A stretch of DNA of 64,000 nt from Escherichia virus TH34. Position 1 is the stretch's first letter. Each line of letters opens with the position of its first letter. The notes below the pieces were generated by a model, which was given only the letters and a program-made list of their open reading frames with translations, searched no databases and had not been told where the DNA came from. Positions 35,259 to 44,477 of the stretch are shown here, piece by piece. A program made the position numbers and the translations under genes. The DNA lies in sequence record MT446407.1; one strand, written 5' to 3'.

Positions 35259-37103
35259 ATGGATAACCCTGATAAGTTACCTTTCATAACGGAGATGACA
35301 GTCGCTGATATAATCTCAAAGCAGGCGAAGCATGGCGTCAACTTCCACAGAAGAAACGCTCGGTGGTTTGTTCACCTTCTCAAAGAGATTATTGTCAATA
35401 TTGATAAAGAACTGATTCCTCTCCTCCCCAAAATGCGGGTGGATGGTTCAACTTATTCGAAACCTTTTAAGAAGTCAGGTTCTTTACAGAAGTGGCCTCA
35501 GCTCTATTGTGACAGAGTTGGTCTTAAAAGGGAAGATATCGGTGGGGCGTTTACTTGCGTTGAGTATGTAGACTTCGACCCATCGAAAGATGCACGTATC
35601 AAAGAAGCCTTGATGGACGAAGGCTTTATTCCTCCAGAGTGGAACACATCCAAGAAACCTTGGAATACTTACGAAATCCGTAAAGCGATGAAGAAGTATG
35701 GCACATATGCTGCTTGGTATTCTGCTTGGATGCGGGGAAACGCTAAAGAAAAACAGACAGCTGAGATGATTGACGCTGACATTCGTCGGTTCTTGGATAA
35801 ACACTTCCGTTATCACACTGTCAATTACATGAAAGCGTACGTTAGTGGTTTAGGCTTGAATCCGAACAGGAAGAAGCCTGTAACCTTTGATGAAATTAAG
35901 AAAGCTTTAGCCATGTCAAACAAGTGGCCTACAGCTCCTACAAACCTCGAGGAGACGCTTGAAGAAGGTCTTGGGGGTGAGCTAGGGGGTGTGGGAGGTT
36001 TGCTTAAGAGACGTGTTGTAGCGGCTCACAGGCTTGGCTTGATTAATGGTCTTATAGACAAGGAACGAGAAGATGGTAAGTTGTCCGCCGAAGCTAATAG
36101 CTGCGCTACTCCGACATTTCGTTTTAAACACCGTATTGTTGTTAATATTCCTTCTCGCGGTTTGTTTGGTCACGAGTGCCGCAGTCTATTTCAGTCTGAC
36201 TGTACCTCAAGTGATAGTAATCACAATCCTATCATCATTACCAACCATATCCCTGATGGGTGTTACGTACGAAAAGGTACAAACACTATCTACGAAGTGG
36301 GAAAACCGGGCAAGAAAGACAAACCGATAGGTGCTCTGAAATATTACATACCTTCTGGTCATGAAGTATTTCTTGGTTATGATGGTTCAGGGTTAGAACT
36401 GCGTATGCTGGCTCACTACCTTATTAAAGAGTGTCGTGAGATGTTGGCAGAGGCAGAACAAGAGAATAACCCAGCTAAGAAACGAGAAGCTGAACGCGGT
36501 TTAGCATCTGCCGTATTGTACAGAGATATTCTCTTACAGGGTGATATTCACTCCCATAACCAGAAACTTGCTGGCTTGCCTACCCGTGATAATGCTAAGA
36601 CGTTTATCTACGCATTCAACTACGGAGCTGGTGATGCTAAGCTAGGTAGTATTGTTGGTGGTGGGGCTGATGAAGGTTCTATAATGAGAGCTAGATTCTT
36701 AGCAGAGAACCCTTGTATTGCAATCCTTATTGAACGTATGACAGAGAAAGCACAAAGTGGATACATCTACGGTGTTGACGGTCGTCGTATTACAATGAGA
36801 CGTGACGGTACAGGAAAGGTCATGACACACAAAGCCTTAAATACGCTCTTACAGAGCGCTGGGGCGATTGTTATGAAGTATGCAATGCTATTCCTCAATA
36901 AATGGATTGAGCGTGATGGTGTTCGTTGTGCGAAGGTTATCGACATGCATGATGAAGGTCAGTTCACTGTACATCGTGATGATGTTAACAAACTTCGCAC
37001 TCTCACTGAGGAATGTGTTCGTAAAGCGGGTGAATACCTCAAGATGGAATGCCCTCTTGCATCAGATTGTAAGATTGGACTGAATTGGCAGCATACGCAC
37101 TAA
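35259..37103 (+). CDS. family-A DNA polymerase, polymerase domain
   Basis: Motif A YDGSGLELRMLAHY, motif B RDNAKTFIYAFNYGAG, motif C MHDEGQF; ATG 35259 with AAGGAG upstream. Confidence 0.7.
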   Translation: MDNPDKLPFITEMTVADIISKQAKHGVNFHRRNARWFVHLLKEIIVNIDKELIPLLPKMRVDGSTYSKPFKKSGSLQKWPQLYCDRVGLKREDIGGAFTCVEYVDFDPSKDARIKEALMDEGFIPPEWNTSKKPWNTYEIRKAMKKYGTYAAWYSAWMRGNAKEKQTAEMIDADIRRFLDKHFRYHTVNYMKAYVSGLGLNPNRKKPVTFDEIKKALAMSNKWPTAPTNLEETLEEGLGGELGGVGGLLKRRVVAAHRLGLINGLIDKEREDGKLSAEANSCATPTFRFKHRIVVNIPSRGLFGHECRSLFQSDCTSSDSNHNPIIITNHIPDGCYVRKGTNTIYEVGKPGKKDKPIGALKYYIPSGHEVFLGYDGSGLELRMLAHYLIKECREMLAEAEQENNPAKKREAERGLASAVLYRDILLQGDIHSHNQKLAGLPTRDNAKTFIYAFNYGAGDAKLGSIVGGGADEGSIMRARFLAENPCIAILIERMTEKAQSGYIYGVDGRRITMRRDGTGKVMTHKALNTLLQSAGAIVMKYAMLFLNKWIERDGVRCAKVIDMHDEGQFTVHRDDVNKLRTLTEECVRKAGEYLKMECPLASDCKIGLNWQHTH

Positions 37104-37111
37104 TTGAAAAT

Positions 37112-37139
37112 GAACTAGTCTTATTGATTAGTTCTTTTT
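37112..37139 (+). terminator. rho-independent terminator
   Basis: Stem GAACTA / TAGTTC then T5. Confidence 0.5.
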
Positions 37140-37153
37140 AAGGAGACAAGGAA

Positions 37154-37288
37154 GTGGAAGAAGTAAAAAGTTCTGAATGGTGCTTGAAGCAACAAAAGCT
37201 CGCACAGGATGAAGGTCGTTTTGAAGACGCTAAAGCTTATGGTGAATTATTTCAAACATGGGTAGAACGAGAGGAGAAAGCTAAATGA
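37154..37288 (+). CDS. hypothetical small protein (44 aa)
   Basis: GTG 37154 with AAGGAG upstream; below track cut-off. Confidence 0.3.
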   Translation: MEEVKSSEWCLKQQKLAQDEGRFEDAKAYGELFQTWVEREEKAK

Positions 37289-37452
37289 TGGACCTGATTC
37301 GTAAACCCGCCCCAAAGTGGAACATCTATTACCAAGATTCCACTGGTAAATTTCATAACCAACTGGTTTATACTGATGAAGAGCGAGATGAAGTCGTTGC
37401 TCAGATTGAAGCAGATGGTGGTACAGTTCTCAAAATCTACGAAAGGAATTAA
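37285..37452 (+). CDS. hypothetical small protein (55 aa)
   Basis: ATG overlapping upstream stop; below track cut-off. Confidence 0.3.
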   Translation: MMDLIRKPAPKWNIYYQDSTGKFHNQLVYTDEERDEVVAQIEADGGTVLKIYERN

Positions 37453-37454
37453 TA

Positions 37455-37697
37455 GTGACTCTAACCTCTAAAGAATTAAAAGAAACTCTGGAAACAACCG
37501 AAGGTAAACAACATCTCCTTGCACAGATTCACTCTATGGGTAAGGATACCTTACGTCAAGCTTTGTATGAACTGACTACTGCTGTTATCCAGATTGAAGC
37601 TAACGCTGAAGAAAGTTTGATTAAGTTAGAAGCTGCTAATGCAGAAATCAATGGATTGAAGGTTCGTATTATCGAGCTGGAAACACAAAATAAATAA
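37455..37697 (+). CDS. small coiled-coil protein (80 aa)
   Basis: GTG start; heptad-like charged sequence. Confidence 0.45.
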   Translation: MTLTSKELKETLETTEGKQHLLAQIHSMGKDTLRQALYELTTAVIQIEANAEESLIKLEAANAEINGLKVRIIELETQNK

Positions 37698-37720
37698 GCT
37701 ACCTTCGGGTGGCTTTTCTT
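37698..37720 (+). terminator. rho-independent terminator
   Basis: Stem GCTACC / GGTGGC with TTCG loop then TTTCTT. Confidence 0.5.
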
Positions 37721-37735
37721 GTCTAAGGAGCTGGT

Positions 37736-38128
37736 ATGAAGATTGGCTTAGATTATGACGACACTTTTACAGCGGACAAAGAGATGTGGACACACATCGT
37801 AGGACTTATGAAGTCCCGTGGTCATGATGTTCGTATCGTGACTTACCGATTCGCTGAACCTAATGGGTATACAAATGAAGAACTACTGGCAGATGCTGCT
37901 AGTCTAGATATCCCGGTTATCTTTTGCAATGGTGTTCAGAAGGATTCTGTTACTCAGAGCTTAGGTTTCTTTGTGGATGTTTGGATTGATGACTTCCCTG
38001 TTGGTATTCCTAAAATGGACCACCTAGAAGGGATGCTGAAGGGCGTAAGACTTAACGACCTTAGAGCAGCACCTCCAGTAGAAATAACCTCTCCTGTGTA
38101 CTCTGAAGAGCCTCTGGTGATACGATGA
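37736..38128 (+). CDS. HAD-superfamily hydrolase-like protein (possible nucleotidase)
   Basis: N-terminal IGLDYDDTF resembles HAD motif I; later WIDDFP acidic motif. Confidence 0.35.
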   Translation: MKIGLDYDDTFTADKEMWTHIVGLMKSRGHDVRIVTYRFAEPNGYTNEELLADAASLDIPVIFCNGVQKDSVTQSLGFFVDVWIDDFPVGIPKMDHLEGMLKGVRLNDLRAAPPVEITSPVYSEEPLVIR

Positions 38129-38307
38129 AGAAGTTCCTATGCTGGTCTATTGCCATTGCTTTATTTCTTTGGGTGATGGATGCTCTTGGAGATTATAGTA
38201 AAGAAGATTGCGAGACTCGAATCTCAAAAGAGTTTAATGCACCTACTAAGTTTGTAGGTGGTCGCTGTTACGTTGAGGGTTGGAGTCGTACTAACACCCG
38301 TTACTAA
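38125..38307 (+). CDS. small secreted/membrane protein (60 aa)
   Basis: N-terminal hydrophobic segment. Confidence 0.4.
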   Translation: MKKFLCWSIAIALFLWVMDALGDYSKEDCETRISKEFNAPTKFVGGRCYVEGWSRTNTRY

Positions 38308-38315
38308 GGATTAAA

Positions 38316-38540
38316 ATGATTTACGTTCACACTTATAAGATTGGAAAGAAGACAGTTGACCGAGTTCATACTGATGAAGCCGAAGCTCAGGCTTCTTTAG
38401 CGGTTCTAGGTGGTAAGGTTAAAAATTATGTAGAGGCTGGTAAACCAGCTAGTAGCCCACCTGTTCTAGAGTATCTCGGAACAAATAATCCAGTCACAGC
38501 GATGACTGTCATCAATAATAAACAGAGAGAATTGTTGTAA
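38316..38540 (+). CDS. hypothetical protein (74 aa)
   Basis: ATG 38316 with TAAGGA upstream. Confidence 0.45.
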   Translation: MIYVHTYKIGKKTVDRVHTDEAEAQASLAVLGGKVKNYVEAGKPASSPPVLEYLGTNNPVTAMTVINNKQRELL

Positions 38541-38740
38541 TGTCTAACGAATATATCATAAAGAATGCATCCCAAAGTGATTACAAATACCAAGTGATTG
38601 CTGACCGGAATGAACTACTAACTTTTGTTGACCTTATGGCTCTGAAAGAAGAGGTTGATAAGCTGGTGTCAGATGAACAATCCCGACTCTTACAAGAGTC
38701 TCTCAGCGGAGATTATATCTGCGATGGTTGTACTATCTAA
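38540..38740 (+). CDS. hypothetical protein (66 aa)
   Basis: TAATG-coupled. Confidence 0.45.
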   Translation: MSNEYIIKNASQSDYKYQVIADRNELLTFVDLMALKEEVDKLVSDEQSRLLQESLSGDYICDGCTI

Positions 38741-38891
38741 AAGGTTTAAAGTCTGGCTAGACGAAGGAGCTGAATATCCTGAAAGTTCTGGCTGGAGAGT
38801 GATTCTGGAAACAGATGATAGGGAAGAGGCTGAAACGAAAGCTGAATCCTTCAACTACTCATATTACGAGGACACGTACGAGAATGGCTGA
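38724..38891 (+). CDS. hypothetical acidic small protein (55 aa, uncertain)
   Basis: ATG 38724 in frame with track ORF 38655. Confidence 0.25.
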   Translation: MVVLSKRFKVWLDEGAEYPESSGWRVILETDDREEAETKAESFNYSYYEDTYENG

Positions 38892-39504
38892 AGTTTACTT
38901 TGCAGGTGATGGTCACCTAGGCCATCGTAACATCTGTAATTTTAGAAAGAAGTTTAGCAGTATTGAAGAACATGACAAAGCTATCCTAGCAGCTTTTGAC
39001 CATGTTACTAAACGTGATAAAACTTTCTTTACAGGTGATTGGGTGTTTGAGAGATATGCACTTGATGTTATCGCTGAAGTAAAAGGAGAGAAACATCTTG
39101 TCCTAGGAAACCATGACAGATTAGAACTTCTCCCTGATATGATGAAAGTCTTTAGACACATCAGTGGTGATTATAAATACAAAGAGTTTTGGGTAACTCA
39201 TATTCCTATTCACTCTGATGAAATGAGAGGAAAGTATAATATCTATGCTCATACTCATAACTCTACTATTAAAGATTGGAGATACTTTTGTACTTCTATG
39301 GAACAAATTGATTATAGAGCTGTGTCTCTGCAAGAGATTAGAAAAGAACTGGAAAGTAGGAAAGAGTGGGTAGCTTCTTTATTACAAAAAGATTATCCAA
39401 TTACCAGCGAAGTACAAGAGATGTTAAGCAAGCAAGCTGAATCTAACTTACCTTTTCAGAGAACAGTAGAACAAACTAGCTTTAAAGGTCTTTTAGAATG
39501 GTAG
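38884..39504 (+). CDS. calcineurin-like metallophosphoesterase
   Basis: GDGHLGH...FTGDW...LGNHD metallophosphatase motifs; ATG 38884. Confidence 0.5.
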   Translation: MAEVYFAGDGHLGHRNICNFRKKFSSIEEHDKAILAAFDHVTKRDKTFFTGDWVFERYALDVIAEVKGEKHLVLGNHDRLELLPDMMKVFRHISGDYKYKEFWVTHIPIHSDEMRGKYNIYAHTHNSTIKDWRYFCTSMEQIDYRAVSLQEIRKELESRKEWVASLLQKDYPITSEVQEMLSKQAESNLPFQRTVEQTSFKGLLEW

Positions 39505-39778
39505 AAGTTATTGTTTTTAAGTTAAGTTAATTAGTTTTCTTTTGATTTTAATAGAGAATCAAAGTCCTAGGAGTCCTCAACCTAAATCAAGGATTTCCTT
39601 AATTCTCTATTTTTATCTCGCAGGTGTCTCCTGCCCTTCGGTACTTGCAAGGGTTACGATGATTGCCCAATATACAAGCCTGCAATAGCTTTACTAGCTA
39701 TACCATATATACATTACTACTTACTATTATCTACTACCAAAAAGGTTATAGTATAATAGAACCTTATCTGTATAGGTG

Positions 39779-39790
39779 TAATGTATATAG
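39779..39790 (+). promoter_or_regulatory. TAATGTATATAG element (candidate phage-specific promoter) inside an inverted repeat
   Basis: Exact 12-mer 57 nt upstream of SSB-like gene; near-inverted copy at 39705-39716; AT-rich hairpin-dense context. Confidence 0.35.
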
Positions 39791-39846
39791 TATACCAACC
39801 GCTCAAAGAGAGCAACAATCTTGAATTTATATAAGGAAATATTAAT

Positions 39847-40587
39847 ATGTCTATGATCCCTGAACTGTCTGTATCCCGTAAATCCAACTACGATGTAATC
39901 CCTGATGGCGAGTACGAAGCACGCATTGTTCGTGTAGTAGGTTTAGGTGTTCACAATCGTGACCCTTGGATTGACCCTAAGACCAAAGCAGTTACTCCTA
40001 AGAACCCAGCTTTCCGTATGGACTTGGCATTTGAACTGATTGGTGTTGATGCTACTGGCACAGATAATGATGGTAAGGCATTGGACCCACGTCCTGCTTG
40101 TCAGTTTAAATCCTTCGATGTAAACCCACGAGCTAAGAACTCTGGTATTCTGAACCTAATTAAAATGATCGACCCAAGTGTTCAAGCACTGAAAGGTGAT
40201 TTGGGTTGGTTCAAAGATATGCTGCTTGGTCAGCCTGTCAACATTCTGGTTAACTCTTACACCAACAAAGCTGGTGAGAAGAAAAACTCTATCAAGAGCA
40301 TCACTCCAATCCCAACTAAGTATCGTGATGCTGTAGGTGCTCCTCGTAGTGAGTTGATCTTCTTCGAACCGTATGCTGAAACTGACGCTAACTTGGCTGC
40401 TTATCAAGCTATGTTTCCATTCCAACGTAACCTTCTGACCCAAGCTAATGATGCTAAAAACATCCCTCTGGCTGGTCGTGAAGTTACTCGCGCTTCTGAC
40501 ACTGAACAGAAAGACGCGACTCCAAGTATCCCTACTATTAATGAAGAGCCGCAATCTACCTTTGAAGAAGATGACAGCCCTTTCTAA
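39847..40587 (+). CDS. single-stranded DNA-binding protein candidate (gp2.5-like acidic C-terminal tail)
   Basis: Strong RBS TAAGGA; C-terminus STFEEDDSPF; strong terminator downstream. Confidence 0.45.
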   Translation: MSMIPELSVSRKSNYDVIPDGEYEARIVRVVGLGVHNRDPWIDPKTKAVTPKNPAFRMDLAFELIGVDATGTDNDGKALDPRPACQFKSFDVNPRAKNSGILNLIKMIDPSVQALKGDLGWFKDMLLGQPVNILVNSYTNKAGEKKNSIKSITPIPTKYRDAVGAPRSELIFFEPYAETDANLAAYQAMFPFQRNLLTQANDAKNIPLAGREVTRASDTEQKDATPSIPTINEEPQSTFEEDDSPF

Positions 40588-40610
40588 TGAATCTCTCCTT
40601 GTAATAGCTT

Positions 40611-40634
40611 AGCCACCTTCGGGTGGCTTTTTTC
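40611..40634 (+). terminator. rho-independent terminator
   Basis: Stem AGCCACC / GGTGGCT with TTCG loop then T6. Confidence 0.6.
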
Positions 40635-40646
40635 GTTGGAGTTAAA

Positions 40647-40994
40647 ATGGAAAAGCTTCAAAACAATATCGGCTTCTTAGTCTTTACAGCCCTTGTATTC
40701 TTTGGTGGGATGAAGTTTGAGCAATATCGAAATGATAGTAACACTCTTGACCAAGAGAAGAAACAACAAGAGATTGAGATTGAGAGAGCTAAGGCTGCTG
40801 ATGAAGTAGCTCAGAAAGTTCTTACCAGTATAACCAACTGGAAGAAGAACACAGAAACTATTTATAAAGAGATGCATTATGAAAAGACTAAGCCAGTTTT
40901 TTACAATGTGTGCGCTAGCGATGAGTATGTCAGCTTGTTCAACGAGCGACAACAGCAGGCAGCTAATGCCCTTACCAACAAACCTAAAAGCTGA
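40647..40994 (+). CDS. i-spanin (Rz-like) candidate
   Basis: ATG 40647 with GGAG upstream; N-terminal TM helix then coiled-coil. Confidence 0.4.
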   Translation: MEKLQNNIGFLVFTALVFFGGMKFEQYRNDSNTLDQEKKQQEIEIERAKAADEVAQKVLTSITNWKKNTETIYKEMHYEKTKPVFYNVCASDEYVSLFNERQQQAANALTNKPKS

Positions 40995-41139
40995 GTGTGA
41001 TGTTGATCTCCCTTTGCTTCAGAGTGCACAGGGAGTGGCATTTGCAACAACATTAGAGTGGTATCAGGACAACTACACAACCTGTGCTGCTAACCATAAT
41101 GGTTTACTGAAAGCTCTCAAGGAGAGAGGAATACAATGA
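40879..41139 (+). CDS. o-spanin (Rz1-like) lipoprotein candidate, overlapping Rz-like gene in +1 frame
   Basis: Signal peptide with lipobox-like MSAC; Pro-containing mature region; overlapped gene pair. Confidence 0.4.
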   Translation: MKRLSQFFTMCALAMSMSACSTSDNSRQLMPLPTNLKAECDVDLPLLQSAQGVAFATTLEWYQDNYTTCAANHNGLLKALKERGIQ

Positions 41140-41360
41140 TCAGAGCGGAACTTACAATACCAGAAGGTGTTACTCAACTTCATGCAGTATGGGAATATAA
41201 TAATCAGGTTTGGGGACGAACTTTTAAATTCTTTGTAGATGGAGATCAATCCTATTGGGCCTATTACGACCCTGAAGAAGATATGTGGATTAAGGTAAGT
41301 GGTATTCAGACAGCCATCCCTTGTCCTGACACAGCAATGTATTTGTTCTGTGTAGTTTAA
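41136..41360 (+). CDS. hypothetical protein (74 aa)
   Basis: ATG 41136 with GGAGAGAGG upstream. Confidence 0.45.
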   Translation: MIRAELTIPEGVTQLHAVWEYNNQVWGRTFKFFVDGDQSYWAYYDPEEDMWIKVSGIQTAIPCPDTAMYLFCVV

Positions 41361-41384
41361 TATAAAGTAAGTTAAGGACGACTT

Positions 41385-42035
41385 ATGAAGAAGAAGACAA
41401 CACCCACACGCTATCGTATTCATGGCATTCCTATTAAATATTATCCAACCTTCGATGAATTCTATCGAGAGAACTGGAAAGTTGTGCATCGCTATTTTAT
41501 GTATGACATTAAAGATTATCACGAAGCAGAGGATGTTGCTCAGGAAGTATTACTGAACGCTTGGCGTTTTGTGTTTGCAAAGCAAGAAGAACTTCTGCTC
41601 GCTGATGAAAAAGATATTGAACACATGACTTATCGTGTTAAGAATATCATCTGGTCTATTCGTTCTAACCGTCAGACAGTTGGAGATCGACGTATCTACT
41701 CTATTCCAGAGGCTGATATGTTTAGACCTCCTGAGATGAACTCATGGGAAAGTCCTTTAGAGATTGCGATGGATAAGCATGACTCTACTGGAGACCCCTT
41801 CTTGGAATCTAGAATCTTTTTCTTCTTCCAAGACTTAAGTGATATTATGGATACCAAGAAAATGGCAAGCATGTTCTCTATGCTCTTCCTTGGAATACCT
41901 CACGATCACATCCAGCAAGAGCTGGGAATTTCACACGGAACTTTCTATCGCCGATATGCAGAGAATCGTGATCTGTACGAAGCTGTAGTAGAGAAGCACT
42001 TTGATAAAGAAGATCTTCAAGGGATGATTCAATAA
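41385..42035 (+). CDS. phage sigma factor (ECF/sigma70 family)
   Basis: Region-2-like [16 protein letters not shown] and region-4-like [23 protein letters not shown]. Confidence 0.55.
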   Translation: MKKKTTPTRYRIHGIPIKYYPTFDEFYRENWKVVHRYFMYDIKDYHEAEDVAQEVLLNAWRFVFAKQEELLLADEKDIEHMTYRVKNIIWSIRSNRQTVGDRRIYSIPEADMFRPPEMNSWESPLEIAMDKHDSTGDPFLESRIFFFFQDLSDIMDTKKMASMFSMLFLGIPHDHIQQELGISHGTFYRRYAENRDLYEAVVEKHFDKEDLQGMIQ

Positions 42036-42631
42036 TGAGTAAACCATTAGTAGTAATTCTGAATGGACCACCGGGTTGTGGTAAAGATACAATCGCTAAT
42101 GCTTGGTTAGAGAAGACCGTCGGTAACACTGAGTTTAGGCCGCATGTAAAGGCTTTTAAGGAGCCTATGTATCGAGTGGCTGCTGCTGCATTAGGACTTC
42201 CTCTTTATGAGTTCATGGAGCTATACAACGATCGTGAGTGGAAAGAATATAGCCGTCCTGAATGGGGCGGTAAGACAGTTCGAGATTTAATGATTGCGAC
42301 TAGTGAGAACTACCTGAAACCAATGTTTGGTGACACCTGCATGGGTAAGCTTGCTGTTAGCAGTATTCAACAACGCATCCCAACACAGAATGATGTTATT
42401 GTATTCTCTGATGGTGGATTTAAAGCAGAAGTTGAAGAACTGGAAAAACATTTCCATGTTCGAGTAATTCAGATTCATCGTGATGGCTGTACTTTTGAAG
42501 GAGACTCTCGTTCCTATATTGAAGGCGCGAACCTTTCAACCTACCTTCTCTTTAATGATTGTTCTATAGAAGAGGCGGTGGAGTATTTAGAATACAGTAT
42601 TGCACAGACACGGAGAGATCTCTATGCCTGA
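42035..42631 (+). CDS. P-loop nucleotide/nucleoside kinase (dNMP-kinase-like)
   Basis: Walker A ILNGPPGCGKDT near N-terminus. Confidence 0.45.
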   Translation: MSKPLVVILNGPPGCGKDTIANAWLEKTVGNTEFRPHVKAFKEPMYRVAAAALGLPLYEFMELYNDREWKEYSRPEWGGKTVRDLMIATSENYLKPMFGDTCMGKLAVSSIQQRIPTQNDVIVFSDGGFKAEVEELEKHFHVRVIQIHRDGCTFEGDSRSYIEGANLSTYLLFNDCSIEEAVEYLEYSIAQTRRDLYA

Positions 42632-43445
42632 TGTAATCTATCCTGAAGTAGCAATTGTGGATGCAGATGTTCTTAGGTATGAAGTTGGTGCTCTTACACA
42701 AGAGCATCCTTTCCTAGACACAGGTCGTGTTCCAGTTGATTATGGATTCTTGATTGAACGTCTCCAACATAAGATTGATGTAATCATCTCAAGAACTGGT
42801 TGTGAAAGAACAATCTTTTATTTCAGCGAAGGTGGTAACTTCCGCTTCGATGTTGCCAAGCAGCAAGGTTATAAAGCTAACCGACCTCCGGGAGAAAGGC
42901 CACATCACTGGCAGAACGTTAGTGATTATATCAAAGAACATTACCAGTATGTTGAAGTGTTTGGCAGAGAAGCAGATGATGCACTCGCTGAACGACAGCG
43001 TATAGAAAAGAACACAATCATCTGTACTCGTGATAAGGATTTGTTAATCACTCCCGGATGGCATTACCGCTGGGCTTGCGGTGAACGACAGAAAGAAGTA
43101 CCCCCTCATTACGTATCAGAGGAAGTAGCATGGCAGAACTTCTTCTATCAGATGTTGATTGGAGACAGTACAGATAACATCCCCGGATGTGGTGAGAAAG
43201 TTGAAATGATGTGGGGCGGTAACTTAGTTATGCGTCGTAAGGGTATTGGTAGCAAAGCTGCTATCAAACTTATTGAGAAGGTATTCGATAAGTGGACTCT
43301 TTATCATATTATACGAATGGAATACTATAAGAGGTTCGAGGAAGAAGCAGAAGCTAAGATGTTAGAAAATGCTCGATTGCTCTTCGTTGGACAAGCTGAA
43401 GGCGACCTCTTTGATTGGTCGTGGTTAGATAAATCTTGGGAATAA
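42624..43445 (+). CDS. FEN-type 5'-3' exonuclease / flap endonuclease
   Basis: EADDALA, RDKDLL and GDSTDNIPG motifs typical of T5 D15/T4 RNase H/Pol I 5' nuclease; ATG 42624 with GGAGAG upstream. Confidence 0.55.
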   Translation: MPDVIYPEVAIVDADVLRYEVGALTQEHPFLDTGRVPVDYGFLIERLQHKIDVIISRTGCERTIFYFSEGGNFRFDVAKQQGYKANRPPGERPHHWQNVSDYIKEHYQYVEVFGREADDALAERQRIEKNTIICTRDKDLLITPGWHYRWACGERQKEVPPHYVSEEVAWQNFFYQMLIGDSTDNIPGCGEKVEMMWGGNLVMRRKGIGSKAAIKLIEKVFDKWTLYHIIRMEYYKRFEEEAEAKMLENARLLFVGQAEGDLFDWSWLDKSWE

Positions 43446-43455
43446 GGATATTATA

Positions 43456-43647
43456 ATGGGTAAATTTGACTATCGTTCGTATGATGAAAATTCCTCTAAT
43501 CGTGAGTCTCGTAAAGACCAGAAGATTAAACACCAAGCATTTGATCGTCGTACAGGACGTATCCCTCGTGCTGAAAAAGAATCACATCGTATTAACAAAC
43601 GTATTTGGGAAGATGCTGACATGGATGTAGGTTATGGAGAAAGCTGA
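43456..43647 (+). CDS. small basic protein (63 aa)
   Basis: Arg/Lys-rich. Confidence 0.4.
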   Translation: MGKFDYRSYDENSSNRESRKDQKIKHQAFDRRTGRIPRAEKESHRINKRIWEDADMDVGYGES

Positions 43648-44086
43648 GAAAACTAGATGCTCTTTTAGTTATAACCCGGAGACTGGATTGTTCTCCGGAC
43701 TTTCTATATACACTGACAGAGATGGTTATCTGTACACTTTTATTGATAGAAAGAATTTCCGCTTGCACCGATTGGTTTTTCTTTTAGAAGGTGAAGATAT
43801 TTCTGGAAAACTTATAGATCACATTGATGGTGATAGGCAGAATAATAAAAGAAATAACTTAAGGCTTGTAAACTCTCAAGAGAATACCTACAATAAAAGA
43901 GTAGGAAGAAACAATACTACCGGACATAAGGGAATTACTCAAGAGCCAAATGGTAAGTGGAGAGCTAGGATTTCTGCAAACAAGAAAAGATATTCTCTAG
44001 GAGTGTTTGATTCTTTAGAAGAAGCTGTTGCTGCTTTAAGTGAAGAGAGACAAAAACTACATGGAGAATATGCAAATGAAGGCTGA
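43634..44086 (+). CDS. HNH homing endonuclease with AP2-like DNA-binding domain
   Basis: HIDGDRQNNKRNNLRLVN HNH motif; GHKGITQEPNGKWRARI AP2-like segment. Confidence 0.55.
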   Translation: MEKAEKTRCSFSYNPETGLFSGLSIYTDRDGYLYTFIDRKNFRLHRLVFLLEGEDISGKLIDHIDGDRQNNKRNNLRLVNSQENTYNKRVGRNNTTGHKGITQEPNGKWRARISANKKRYSLGVFDSLEEAVAALSEERQKLHGEYANEG

Positions 44087-44477
44087 AAAAACCAGATGTT
44101 CAAATCAGTGGACTGAAGCACGATACAATTCCTTCATCAAGTCAGGGATTCGTTCTCTCACTAGAAAGTGGAAGCCTATGTTTGACTCTCTTAAAGAGGC
44201 TCAGACAGAGCGTAAGATCAACCCCAAAACTGGTAAACTGGCAATGCACTATAAGTGTGCCATGTGCGGTAATGACTCTCCTCTTAAAGAGGTAGCTGTT
44301 GACCATATCAACCCTATTGTTCCAGTGGACCATGCAGCTTCTTGGGATGAAATCATCGAGAGAGCTTTGGTTGAAGTAGATGGCTTTCAAGTCTTGTGTA
44401 AAGAGCCTTGTCATAAGATTAAAACTAAGGAAGAGAATGATGCAAGACGAGAATTTAAAAAATCTAGAGACTCCTGA
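44061..44477 (+). CDS. HNH endonuclease (start uncertain)
   Basis: VDHINPIVP...CHKIK HNH-like motif; N-terminus MKAEKTRCS duplicates the N-terminus of the preceding HNH gene. Confidence 0.5.
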   Translation: MENMQMKAEKTRCSNQWTEARYNSFIKSGIRSLTRKWKPMFDSLKEAQTERKINPKTGKLAMHYKCAMCGNDSPLKEVAVDHINPIVPVDHAASWDEIIERALVEVDGFQVLCKEPCHKIKTKEENDARREFKKSRDS

